A stretch of DNA of 45,526 bases, taken from positions 1 through 45,526 of IMG/VR virus record IMGVR_UViG_3300022178_003431. One strand, written 5' to 3'. Position numbers and translations under genes: made by a program. Under the pieces are notes generated by a model. It did no database searches. It saw nothing but the letters and a program-made list of their open reading frames with translations, and was not told the origin of the DNA. Positions 8,511 through 17,246 of this stretch are shown here, one piece after another. How positions within the stretch are numbered: the stretch's first letter is position 1; each line of letters begins with the position of its first letter. This DNA is from a virus. Its lineage: Duplodnaviria > Caudoviricetes.

Positions 8511-9193
8511 TATGCTCTCTCCGCCACTATGGCTACTTGGGTTGCTAAATCGGGTTCAATGTTCATAGAGTTAATAGCTCTTGATAGGCCCATAGGCATA
8601 CCATCAAACGTATTAATGCTGGTAACAAAAGGTACACGGCTATGCCAGCCTAACTCTACAGTTAACTTCCACCCACTGATCTTTAGTAGATGGCACAACT
8701 GGTCCCAGGTTAATTCATGGTCATGGCTGTCTGGCCATACTAACTCTCCAGGGCTATGAGGTGATGGGGTAGTTAGAATAAGTTTTCTACCTACTCTATG
8801 AGCCTCTTCAAGTACATATTGCATTCTATCTAGTGGAAAATGCTCAATGACTTCAGCCATAACTACAGCGTCCACACTGTCATCGAGCTGAACCAATCCG
8901 TCTTTGGCTACATCCCTATACTTAATGTCAGAGTCCAGAGGTGGATTAATGTCATAGCCTATGTATCTAATACGAGTATTGAAGTTAAGCTCTAGGTAGC
9001 CACGTAGTTTACTGTCTGCTGCACCTATCTCCACCACTTTGTCACAGCCTATAAGGTTGTTACAGATAAACACATTCTTAAACAGGGTGGACCAGGACCA
9101 GTGCTTTGTCCAGTCACACTTATGAAATAGGTGGAACTCTGAGTTAGCGTTAGTGATGCTGTTACCATCAACACGAGGTATGTTGTTAATCAT
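8510..9193 (-). CDS. Class I SAM-dependent small-molecule-type methyltransferase
   Basis: VVEIGAA, YIGYDI, DAVVMAEVIEH, LILTTP; ATG at 9193 preferred because it couples to the upstream gene. Confidence 0.85.
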   Translation of the reverse strand: MINNIPRVDGNSITNANSEFHLFHKCDWTKHWSWSTLFKNVFICNNLIGCDKVVEIGAADSKLRGYLELNFNTRIRYIGYDINPPLDSDIKYRDVAKDGLVQLDDSVDAVVMAEVIEHFPLDRMQYVLEEAHRVGRKLILTTPSPHSPGELVWPDSHDHELTWDQLCHLLKISGWKLTVELGWHSRVPFVTSINTFDGMPMGLSRAINSMNIEPDLATQVAIVAERA

Positions 9194-9461
9194 TTGGTCT
9201 TGTACCTTTTCTATAGTTGTATAAGGGGCAGAGTAGAGTACTACATGTACGCACCTCCACCATGCTTCCACCTTGACACTCAAGGCAGTATTCTCTAACA
9301 GCTTTGACAGGTGTTCTAGCTGCGTTCATTGATCTTTTACCTCTTCTGTTATGCCACAATGGGCATGTAGTTATCTCACAGGATCTAGCAGCTGACCTAC
9401 TGCCTGCGCAGTCTATACAGTTAAACCTTATAGCCTTCAACGGCGTAAGCTCTAATTGCAT
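9186..9461 (-). CDS. Tandem Cys4 (zinc-finger-like) repeat protein
   Basis: Two units TPxKAxRxxCxxC...C....CPL...R.G; start 9461 or 9500. Confidence 0.75.
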   Translation of the reverse strand: MQLELTPLKAIRFNCIDCAGSRSAARSCEITTCPLWHNRRGKRSMNAARTPVKAVREYCLECQGGSMVEVRTCSTLLCPLYNYRKGTRPND

Positions 9462-9593
9462 AATTTCTTCTGCTACTTTAATAGTGGTGTATATTGTCAT
9501 ATTAAATTTTATCATTAATATATCTATGATAATCAATTCTGTGCTCTAAAATGATGAGCTATCTAATGATTTTTATATTTCTAAAGATTATCT

Positions 9594-9622
9594 ATCATAT
9601 CATATCAATAAGATATTGTCAA
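9594..9622 (-). promoter_or_regulatory. Sigma70-type promoter for the nucleotide-metabolism operon
   Basis: TTGACA-17-TATGAT with extended TG on minus strand. Confidence 0.82.
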
Positions 9623-9676
9623 GATAAAGTTTAGACTTATAAAAATAGTCCACTTACCTTGCTTTGTTATTGCGAA

Positions 9677-9871
9677 CTATAGTTCATATACGTCTACTTG
9701 GTTAACAACCGATTGATACGCTTTTTTAATCTCGGGAACTTCCCCTGATTCGTTGTATAAGTCACGCAAAGCAGCCGCCATTTTTTCAGCGTTTTCTATA
9801 TGAAAACTTCTGTCACAATCGAGCCACATATTTTTGTCTCGTAACTCTTTAATTATTTCTCTTTCACTCAT
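9677..9871 (-). CDS. Hypothetical protein
   Basis: 64 aa from ATG at 9871 (ATGA overlap, GGAG RBS). Confidence 0.55.
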   Translation of the reverse strand: MSEREIIKELRDKNMWLDCDRSFHIENAEKMAAALRDLYNESGEVPEIKKAYQSVVNQVDVYEL

Positions 9872-10218
9872 GTTCTTACTCCGGGGCAGGTATCCCATTG
9901 GGAGACACCCCATGTTTTAACAAAATGTTTCTCTGATAAACCTCTATTCCATGCAAGCCCTTCAATTCTTTTTGCCCACTCGTAAGCTGTTCTCTCGTCA
10001 GCTTTCTTAGCAGCTTTTTCCATTCGTTTTCTTCTACGTTCCATTTCCTTTTTTCCTTGGTGCGGTTTTTCATGGTATGAATTACTCACTCTAATTGACT
10101 TTAATCCCCACTCATCCCACGGAACACGTCGTTTAGGCTGCTCGTGACGAGGATTTATATACTCTATGTTAGGGATAGCGGCTATGGCAGCCATCATTGC
10201 TAAGGTTGAAGTTTTCAT
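9868..10218 (-). CDS. Hypothetical basic protein
   Basis: 116 aa, TAATG coupling. Confidence 0.6.
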   Translation of the reverse strand: MKTSTLAMMAAIAAIPNIEYINPRHEQPKRRVPWDEWGLKSIRVSNSYHEKPHQGKKEMERRRKRMEKAAKKADERTAYEWAKRIEGLAWNRGLSEKHFVKTWGVSQWDTCPGVRT

Positions 10219-10658
10219 TATACACTATCCTCATCGTCCCACTGTGACTCTTCAAACTCTCTTTCAGCTTTTCTACGCTTGTACCATTGAACTAATCTAT
10301 ACGACTTTAGTTTTGGTTCTACACCCTTACTAGTCTCAGGCACTACAGGAGGCCAGTTTATATGTGCCCTAGTGTTAAGCTGTAAATAAGCTACAACTGG
10401 GTATATACGTACGTAAGGTACATAGTCTCTTACTGTATGGTCGAACTGTATTTCAGACACTCTTAGTCCTCTATAATTCTCTGGCCGTAGGCCTTGAAAG
10501 CTTACAACTTTTATATCCTGTCTATGTATTTTAACGCATAGATCCCGGACATAGCCTATCATAGGGCCTGTTGCTACTATAAACGTAGCCTTATGTGATA
10601 GCGCTTCCAGCTGTCTAGTGGTTCTGCCGGACTGTCGTAGTCCTGTTAACTTAGTCAT
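10218..10658 (-). CDS. Hypothetical protein with degenerate P-loop
   Basis: GLRQSGRTT near N-terminus; TAATG coupling with polymerase. Confidence 0.6.
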   Translation of the reverse strand: MTKLTGLRQSGRTTRQLEALSHKATFIVATGPMIGYVRDLCVKIHRQDIKVVSFQGLRPENYRGLRVSEIQFDHTVRDYVPYVRIYPVVAYLQLNTRAHINWPPVVPETSKGVEPKLKSYRLVQWYKRRKAEREFEESQWDDEDSV

Positions 10659-12340
10659 TACGCAAACTCCCATGTTTTATTGTGTTGAGCTTCAGGTGGC
10701 ATGACCAAATCAGGTATAGCCATGTCTTTAATAACATAGTACCATGCCTTAATCATGCATTCGTTAAGTCTTTCTACCCACATGTCTGCTTCTTGCACGT
10801 CTTGTTCCAGGGCTATAGAGTCATGCACTACGTTTATAACTGTAGGCTGCTCAGGGTAACTGGTGTGGAGGTAGTACAGAGCCATCTTAGTTACCTCAGC
10901 AGACGAACCTTGTATTGGAAAGTTGTATGAGTCAGGTAAGTACGTAGCTCTTATGTTTCTGCCCAGGCCTGTAGTAGTGTCTACGTAGCCATACACATTA
11001 AAGTACTTCTTATGTAGGTCATGCCAAGACTCAAAATAACTATACAAGCCTAACCACTTGGTTCTAAGCACATCGACCGTAGTACGAGGCAAGTCTATTC
11101 GGCCCTGGGCTCTTAGCAATGCTCGTAGCGTGTTAGTGCCTGCACCATACACCGTACCGAAGTTAAAGAACTTAGTAACTGTGCGTTCATACTTAGGTAA
11201 TGTCTCAGGAGTTTTATCAAACAGATGGCAGCCTGTGTATGTGTGTAGGTCCAGGCCTTTCATCATCATAGCAGCCATGGCTGGTTCACCTACATACGCA
11301 ACAGCCATACGTAGTTCTAGACCAGAGTAGTCTTTGTATATTATAGTCTTACCGTCAGGAGCCTCAATGGCAGGAAAGATGTGCCTAGGTGGATTCTGGT
11401 TGTTCTCATAAAAATACCTGTCACCACCGTTACAAGTCATACGAGATGTTCTAGCTCCACATGCATTGTGGAAAGCTCTGATCCTGGGGTGGTCATACTT
11501 ATCAATAAAGCCTGATAGCTTATGAGCCTTACGTGCCTGTATAAGGTTCTCTGCGTCTTCATTACCTGTAAGAGCTTCAACACCCAAGGTAGTAGCATCT
11601 GTAGCGTCAGTGCCTAGCCACTCTTTACACTGCTTAGGGCTGTTGATATTGACAGGAACTTTAGAAGAGTACTTCTCTAGCTGTAGTAAGTTCTTCTGCC
11701 TCATGACTGCCAGTGTATCCTGGTTTATAGGCAGTCCCTTACGATCGTAGTTAACTGCATACTCCAGGTTGGCTATGTCTAACGCATATGACTCGTCCTT
11801 AGACTCTTCTATAATGTTGTACAGTAAGCTTAGGTAAAGTACGTCACATGCTGCGTACATGAGTAGTGTAGGCGTAAGCTCTTTACTCCAGTCTGTAGTT
11901 TGATTGGCTTTTTTATCTATGCCTCGTATGGTTTCATCAGACACCTTTGCATAGTCCAGACACTTATAGAAGTCAAACTTATCTTTGGTCCAGAAGTGTG
12001 CCTTACTAAGATAGAAGGTATCGTCAAGTTTCTTGGGTAACCAGGTTTTCTTGGTGTAGCAGTTTATTGTATGTAAGTCATATGATGCGTTATGAAATAC
12101 TAAATGGCTTGGTTGTAACAGGTCTAAAACTTTATGCAAGTTTATAAAGAAACAGTCTATAAGAATGGCGTTGTCCCAGCCATACTGGTACAGTTGAACC
12201 ATCCTAACCTTACCGTATAGCCCTCCGTCAGTTTTACCTAGATCTTTACAAGTCTCGGTGTCGCAGTGGATAGGCTTGTTAAAGTCAATCAATTTTGCTG
12301 TAGCCTCAAAGGCTTCTGGTGTTCTTACTAGTATGTACAT
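10658..12340 (-). CDS. polA: Family A DNA polymerase with 3'-5' exonuclease
   Basis: DTET, HNASYD, YAACD; DYSGLELR, K..NFG..YG, VHDS. Confidence 0.96.
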   Translation of the reverse strand: MYILVRTPEAFEATAKLIDFNKPIHCDTETCKDLGKTDGGLYGKVRMVQLYQYGWDNAILIDCFFINLHKVLDLLQPSHLVFHNASYDLHTINCYTKKTWLPKKLDDTFYLSKAHFWTKDKFDFYKCLDYAKVSDETIRGIDKKANQTTDWSKELTPTLLMYAACDVLYLSLLYNIIEESKDESYALDIANLEYAVNYDRKGLPINQDTLAVMRQKNLLQLEKYSSKVPVNINSPKQCKEWLGTDATDATTLGVEALTGNEDAENLIQARKAHKLSGFIDKYDHPRIRAFHNACGARTSRMTCNGGDRYFYENNQNPPRHIFPAIEAPDGKTIIYKDYSGLELRMAVAYVGEPAMAAMMMKGLDLHTYTGCHLFDKTPETLPKYERTVTKFFNFGTVYGAGTNTLRALLRAQGRIDLPRTTVDVLRTKWLGLYSYFESWHDLHKKYFNVYGYVDTTTGLGRNIRATYLPDSYNFPIQGSSAEVTKMALYYLHTSYPEQPTVINVVHDSIALEQDVQEADMWVERLNECMIKAWYYVIKDMAIPDLVMPPEAQHNKTWEFA

Positions 12341-13932
12341 TAAAATGAACTCTGTAATATGTTAGGATAAGTTCCTGAAGAATCTACGTATATTTTTGTT
12401 GGTTGCTTAAGTGTATACGCAGACTTCAGTACACTGACGTTATTCATGGGACCAGTATAACCTCTATACTTTACTACATGCCTGGACTTCTTACCAAAGT
12501 AGCCAGACCTCTCTACTCCCCAGAACTCTTGAATAGTTTTGATGCCACACCAATAAGTAACTTTGATACTATCAGGTACACCCTGCTTGTAACTACGATG
12601 AAGTATGTACGAAACTTTCTTGACCTTGTACCATCGCTTCTTTTCATCCTGCCTCTGTATTAGCTCCTCCATACTAGCTGTTGTAGTTAGTTTAGTACGT
12701 ACTGGAAACACATGACCACATACATTACACTCCTTAGCGCTTATCGGAAGTATGGCAGGGCATTTAGGACAGTTACGTGTCATAGGCCCACCTTCACCTG
12801 TTGACTTACCTTTAACAGGTATCTTCACATTATTAATGGGTCCTAGTCTTGCAGTGTTACCTGCAAAATCTAGTACCAAGCAATGCTTCTTACCTGGTGC
12901 AGGCCTTAGCCCTCTACCTGCCATTTGAACATGAAGTCCTGGTGACATAGTAGGTCGTAGTAAAGCTATAAGATCTATGTCAGGTACGTCAAAGCCTGTA
13001 GTAACCATACCTACTGACACTAAGGCTCGCATCTTACCTGATCTAAAGTTAGTCTCAACTACACTACGGTCGCCTTTTATACGTGAATGAAGTACTCCTG
13101 CTACTATGCCCTTACGTATTAACTGCTTGTGTATGTGATTGGCATGGTCTATGTCTATTGCAAAGACTAACCATTTTTTATAGTTCTTACCATAGTATAT
13201 TATCTGGTCTACAGCTATCCTGGTTATACTATCTTGGTCATGTTCCAGGGCCAAAGCCTTTATGTTGTAGTCTCCAGCAGACTTCTTAATGTGATCCGAC
13301 TTAAGCTGTAGTTTCTCCGGGGTTATAGGTAGTAGTGGACTAAGATAGCCTTCCTTAATTAGCCTATCAAAATTTTCCAGTGAAGTAAGATCGTAAGCTA
13401 CTTTAGTAAATAGAGCATTAGCGCCTTTGTGCAGGTACCCATGTCCTGTTCTAAATATTGTAGCAGATAATCCGATCTTAATAGCAAGGCTGTCGTCCAG
13501 AAACTTTCTGTACATGCCTTGAGACTTGTGGCTAACTGAGTGTGCTTCATCAATGATGACAAGATTAAACCACTTAAACTTAGGTATAGCATTGTATACC
13601 GACTGAATCCCAGCGACCGTAATTTGTTCGATAGTTTTCGACTCAAGACCAGAACTCCATAGCCCAATATCTTTCTCAGGGAAATATGACTGTAGCGCGA
13701 GTAGGTCCTGTTCGAGGATGTTCTGAACATGACTGAGTATAAGTACCATATCATCGGGATTCTCCTTCAAGTAGTTCTCTACAAATCTGCTTATTATTAT
13801 AGTCTTGCCGCTGCCTGTAGGAGCAGCGACCAGTGGATTACACCCAGGTTCTTTAACAGCTTCAGTCAGGGCTTCAACAGCGCCTGTCTGATACCATCTG
13901 TCTTCAAACTTCTTGTTGGAGCTGGACATAAT
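12340..13932 (-). CDS. SF2 DEAH helicase with C-terminal Zn ribbon
   Basis: APTGSGKT, IIDEAH, SAT, TGFD, QMAGRGLR, CPKC..C..C; start approximate. Confidence 0.94.
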   Translation of the reverse strand: MMSSSNKKFEDRWYQTGAVEALTEAVKEPGCNPLVAAPTGSGKTIIISRFVENYLKENPDDMVLILSHVQNILEQDLLALQSYFPEKDIGLWSSGLESKTIEQITVAGIQSVYNAIPKFKWFNLVIIDEAHSVSHKSQGMYRKFLDDSLAIKIGLSATIFRTGHGYLHKGANALFTKVAYDLTSLENFDRLIKEGYLSPLLPITPEKLQLKSDHIKKSAGDYNIKALALEHDQDSITRIAVDQIIYYGKNYKKWLVFAIDIDHANHIHKQLIRKGIVAGVLHSRIKGDRSVVETNFRSGKMRALVSVGMVTTGFDVPDIDLIALLRPTMSPGLHVQMAGRGLRPAPGKKHCLVLDFAGNTARLGPINNVKIPVKGKSTGEGGPMTRNCPKCPAILPISAKECNVCGHVFPVRTKLTTTASMEELIQRQDEKKRWYKVKKVSYILHRSYKQGVPDSIKVTYWCGIKTIQEFWGVERSGYFGKKSRHVVKYRGYTGPMNNVSVLKSAYTLKQPTKIYVDSSGTYPNILQSSF

Positions 13933-14737
13933 TAGAGCAACCTTTGCGTTGTACATCTAGTGGGATTGGAGGAACTACATCTTCAACACCGAAAAAGGTG
14001 CATCCCCATTCGCCTTCAACCATTGGTACTACATACTCGCACGTTCTGCAGTTCTTATCCATGTCAGCACCTGACCAGCATGTATTAGAAGCAGCACACC
14101 ATCTACATTTAAAGAACGACTTGTTAGGGAATGCCCTAGAAGGTGGAGAGCCTGCTATTACTATGGACTCACCTTTGCGTACCAAGTCTTCGGCAAAACC
14201 TTTGTCATACTTTATCCTTTCCACGTGATAAGAGTCGTCATTCTTATTTACAGCTATAAACAGGGTACGAGTAAGGTCAAAGAAATGCATGTATAACTGT
14301 ACCTGGGCGTAGTACACTGGACTATACTTTTTAACCTTCTCGGTTACTAGCTTTTTAAAGCCTTTATCATTTACAGTTTTAAACTCTAGTAAATGCCTGG
14401 TCTTTGGAGCCTCTATAACACCTATAGCTGAACCATCTTTATGCCCTTTGATATGGCCGAAGCCAGCTATTACTTCACCCTGGTCGTCATCACATGTTAT
14501 ACCTATCTTTTCAAGTTCGGCTATGATAGCTGGTTCTTCTCGGTGCCCTCGGGCCCAGAGCCTTATCATACGGGGCGTAGTTGAGTCAGAGAACGCCCAT
14601 CGAAAGCTGTACCAGATGTACCTGGAGCACTCATGGCCTAAGCCACTCATACCCAGGTACGGTCTGTGTTCTAGCTTAACAGAGCCTCCATCCAACAAGT
14701 GCTTTGTTGTTTTGAAGTGTTGAGTTAGATTTGCCAC
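13904..14737 (-). CDS. Cas4-like PD-(D/E)XK exonuclease
   Basis: C.R..WY, GH.DG, LEFKT, Q.Q.Y and CRWC.....C cluster. Confidence 0.85.
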   Translation of the reverse strand: MANLTQHFKTTKHLLDGGSVKLEHRPYLGMSGLGHECSRYIWYSFRWAFSDSTTPRMIRLWARGHREEPAIIAELEKIGITCDDDQGEVIAGFGHIKGHKDGSAIGVIEAPKTRHLLEFKTVNDKGFKKLVTEKVKKYSPVYYAQVQLYMHFFDLTRTLFIAVNKNDDSYHVERIKYDKGFAEDLVRKGESIVIAGSPPSRAFPNKSFFKCRWCAASNTCWSGADMDKNCRTCEYVVPMVEGEWGCTFFGVEDVVPPIPLDVQRKGCSNYVQLQQEV

Positions 14738-14741
14738 GGTA

Positions 14742-15158
14742 TTAATCCTTATCGCCTAGTAAAGCAGTGTTAGTTGTTAGAGCTGTATACTGATCGAGCA
14801 GCTCCTTGATTCGAGGGTTCTGTGCAGCCATAGACTGATACACAAACATCTCGTCATGCAGTTCTTTAGCTGCTCTTAACTCTGTTTTAATTTCCATTAC
14901 AGTCATTAAGGTAGCCTCCCTTGCTTCATGCGCTTTCTTATCTATCTTGCAGTACAGTAGACAAGCGGCTGAATCAAGTTCCTGCTTAGATAGGCCCGAT
15001 ACTTTCATAACCCTGGCTATCTTGAATGCATTACTGTTATTAACAGGCGCTACAACTATATCCCATCGTTGTACGTCAAAGTCTGTCCAGTAAGAGTACG
15101 TTTTTTCTGAGTCTCGTAAGCCCAACTGTACTGTAACTACTCGTAAATTGCTTTTCAT
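14742..15158 (-). CDS. Hypothetical protein
   Basis: 138 aa; beta N-domain (KTYSY..D...DIVV) and helical C-terminus. Confidence 0.7.
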   Translation of the reverse strand: MKSNLRVVTVQLGLRDSEKTYSYWTDFDVQRWDIVVAPVNNSNAFKIARVMKVSGLSKQELDSAACLLYCKIDKKAHEAREATLMTVMEIKTELRAAKELHDEMFVYQSMAAQNPRIKELLDQYTALTTNTALLGDKD

Positions 15159-15180
15159 TGTATTGTCTCGTGTCTTCGTT

Positions 15181-15270
15181 AGTAAGGTGCCCGGATATTA
15201 TAGAGCCCCGGGCAGGCTCTTACTTCCCTCTGGCTTCGCTGAAGCTGTCAGGCAGGCTCCGGCAGAGGTC
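15181..15270 (-). other. Structured intergenic RNA with H-type pseudoknot
   Basis: Minus strand AGAGCC-U-GCCCGG-GGCUCU-AUAAUAU-CCGGGC (15220-15189), preceded by CCUCUG/CAGAGG helix enclosing a GCUUC/GAAGC hairpin. Confidence 0.6.
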
Positions 15271-15278
15271 TTACTTAC

Positions 15279-15770
15279 TTATTCCCAAGGCTTCTTAGCA
15301 GGAGCTTTGACAACGCCAGGTACAGCAGCTGCAGGATTAGCATTAGCAGTAGCATTAGCAACTGGAGCATCAGCCGATGCATACGCTACAGTATCATTAC
15401 TAGCAGGGTATGTTTCAGTTGCCGGTGTAACCTTAACTGTTACCAGCATAGGAATTTGAAGTAGCTCGTCAGAGTCTTCAACACCTTCAAGATCACACGC
15501 CTGACAGATAGAGTTCAACTCTTTGTTGGCAATCTCAACCGCAACAGGGTTAGGATTATCCAGGTTTAAGTTGGTAAACAACGATCGGCCAGTGTACGAG
15601 CCCTCCAGGACTTTAAACTGAATAGCCAGGTAGTGGCCAGTCTTTGCTTTGGTTGCTTTAAACTCCGTCTTAACGATATGCGCTACATAGTCGCCATCAG
15701 GCAACGGGCTACGATCATCAAGTCCGTCTTTGTTATCTTCAGTGTTTGCTTTGTTAGGTAATAAAGGCAT
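15279..15770 (-). CDS. DUF669-family putative ssDNA-binding protein
   Basis: PLPDGDY, G.YL...F.VLEG...GR..F..LNL, AVEIA..EL..IC, C-terminal KPW; follows AAA ATPase. Confidence 0.82.
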   Translation of the reverse strand: MPLLPNKANTEDNKDGLDDRSPLPDGDYVAHIVKTEFKATKAKTGHYLAIQFKVLEGSYTGRSLFTNLNLDNPNPVAVEIANKELNSICQACDLEGVEDSDELLQIPMLVTVKVTPATETYPASNDTVAYASADAPVANATANANPAAAVPGVVKAPAKKPWE

Positions 15771-15785
15771 AGTATATGTCCTGTG

Positions 15786-16517
15786 TTATGTTTTAGGTTT
15801 AATAGGGTTTTTGTTCGTACTTTCTTTTTCAGTTTTCGCTGGTTTGTTTACCTCTAGTATCTTGTTAATAATGTAAGTCAAGTCAGGCTTCTCCTGTGGT
15901 AGCAATAGTCCTGATCTATCTTTGGCTACGTGTCTAGCCCCTGCAGAGGTGGATAAATATCTATACACCTCTCTATCCTTGGTCTTACCCAAGGTTAGTA
16001 AAAATACTTCATCAAAGAAGTATGGAAGGTTGTCAAGCATGGCTTTACCAGGCACAGAAGGCATGATGGTTATGGCACCAGTAGCTTCATCCACCACCTT
16101 CTTTTGTTTGGCTGTGAAACATACATGCATAGGTAAGTCTCTGAAGCCTCGTACTAATACTGCAAGCTCTTCGGCCATAACACCATACGCTTGTCTTGCG
16201 TCTTTTGTCCTGGCCTTTTCGTCGTTCAGAAGTACTTCAGCAATTTCGCTTAAAGAGTCGAGCTCTACAGTTTCATATTTAGCTGCCTCTTCACTACCTT
16301 TCAGCCAGTCATACACTTCATCAACATTTTTTCGTGTCTTAACTTCAAACACGTCAATGTTCTTACCCCGAAGGGGCATAAGGCCTGCTTCAGCACTTAT
16401 GATTAGTGGACTAGGCGCAGTACCACATAGCGTAGTCTTACCTATACCAGACTCCCCGTACACCAGCATATTAACATACTGTACAGTTACGTCTGTGTTA
16501 GTTAGCTTGATAGCCAT
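15786..16517 (-). CDS. AAA_24 / Sak4-like ATPase
   Basis: YGESGIGKTT, SAEAG, LDSLSE, FFDEV, AKDRSG. Confidence 0.88.
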   Translation of the reverse strand: MAIKLTNTDVTVQYVNMLVYGESGIGKTTLCGTAPSPLIISAEAGLMPLRGKNIDVFEVKTRKNVDEVYDWLKGSEEAAKYETVELDSLSEIAEVLLNDEKARTKDARQAYGVMAEELAVLVRGFRDLPMHVCFTAKQKKVVDEATGAITIMPSVPGKAMLDNLPYFFDEVFLLTLGKTKDREVYRYLSTSAGARHVAKDRSGLLLPQEKPDLTYIINKILEVNKPAKTEKESTNKNPIKPKT

Positions 16518-16519
16518 CG

Positions 16520-16942
16520 TTAGTCTCCTATTGTTTTGTATTCAAGTGTTGGCATTGCAAAAGAAACTACGACTACATCCCTTAAAACACTGTCTTCTGG
16601 CAACTCATGATAGTTTTTCATTATCAGAGTAGGTACTAACTTCATTGCAGCCTTTTCGGTAGTTGTAAGCTCATCCCATACCTCGGCTAGTTCTTTAAGA
16701 TCTAGTTTGTATGACAGGGTTTGTTTAGCCTTTGCAATCCTACCATCCAGGGTTTCTGTAGCAATGGCGGTGCCCTTAGCAGTCATGTCAACTCCGGCTA
16801 CAAGCTCGGCACATATGCTTCGTCTTAATTCAGCTTCTTTTGCCTTAGACTTTTTAAGTATGTCTGCTTGTTCTACCCATTCGTTGAACTCTTGTATTAG
16901 AGTTGCGTTGTCTTCGTTTCGTTTCGGTTCAAGTAGTGCCAT
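16520..16942 (-). CDS. Conserved-looking phage replication-region protein
   Basis: 140 aa, K..E.ELR..I coiled coil, C-terminal PTL. Confidence 0.7.
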   Translation of the reverse strand: MALLEPKRNEDNATLIQEFNEWVEQADILKKSKAKEAELRRSICAELVAGVDMTAKGTAIATETLDGRIAKAKQTLSYKLDLKELAEVWDELTTTEKAAMKLVPTLIMKNYHELPEDSVLRDVVVVSFAMPTLEYKTIGD

Positions 16943-17174
16943 TGTCTATTCCTGGTTTAATGTGAGTTTTGTATATAAGTTTAAATTGAGCAACATCAGC
17001 ATCGCTAGGCTCGTCTATGTTGTTGTCTTCAAAAAAGTTTGAAGGATCGCAGCTAGGGTATTCATATTTGCCCGAGGCCAACGTCATGAAGTAATCAGAC
17101 AAGTATAGCTTATCAGTTGTGGCGTAGTAAGTAGCCATTCGTTCGTAATACTTTAGAGTGTGCTTAACTTTCAT
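16929..17174 (-). CDS. Hypothetical protein
   Basis: 81 aa ORF filling gap in operon. Confidence 0.55.
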   Translation of the reverse strand: MKVKHTLKYYERMATYYATTDKLYLSDYFMTLASGKYEYPSCDPSNFFEDNNIDEPSDADVAQFKLIYKTHIKPGIDNGTT

Positions 17175-17202
17175 TTTCGTTAGTGCGTTCGTGTGTTAGT
17201 AG

Positions 17203-17240
17203 GTGGATAAGAAGCCCCGGTTAAAGGGCTCCTTATTTAC
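17203..17240 (-). other. Intergenic hairpin (terminator or processing site)
   Basis: AUAAGGAGCCC/GGGCUUCUUAU stem directly after the 225-aa gene. Confidence 0.55.
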
Positions 17241-17246
17241 TGCTTG

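Noticed and set aside
6421-12340. 2-aminoadenine (Z-genome) or 7-deazaguanine pathway
   Set aside because: HD enzyme and PolA are present but no PurZ, QueC/D/E, FolE or DpdA-like ORF was recognised
13904-14737. CRISPR-Cas locus from the Cas4-like gene
   Set aside because: No repeat-spacer array or other cas genes; context is phage recombination
15225-15270. Hammerhead ribozyme
   Set aside because: CUGACAG and GAAG deviate from the CUGANGA/GAAA core and the required stems were not found
15922-16632. Long antisense ORFs (also 7025-7507, 17566-18042, 41058-41675, 44318-44779)
   Set aside because: Shadows of motif-supported genes on the opposite strand
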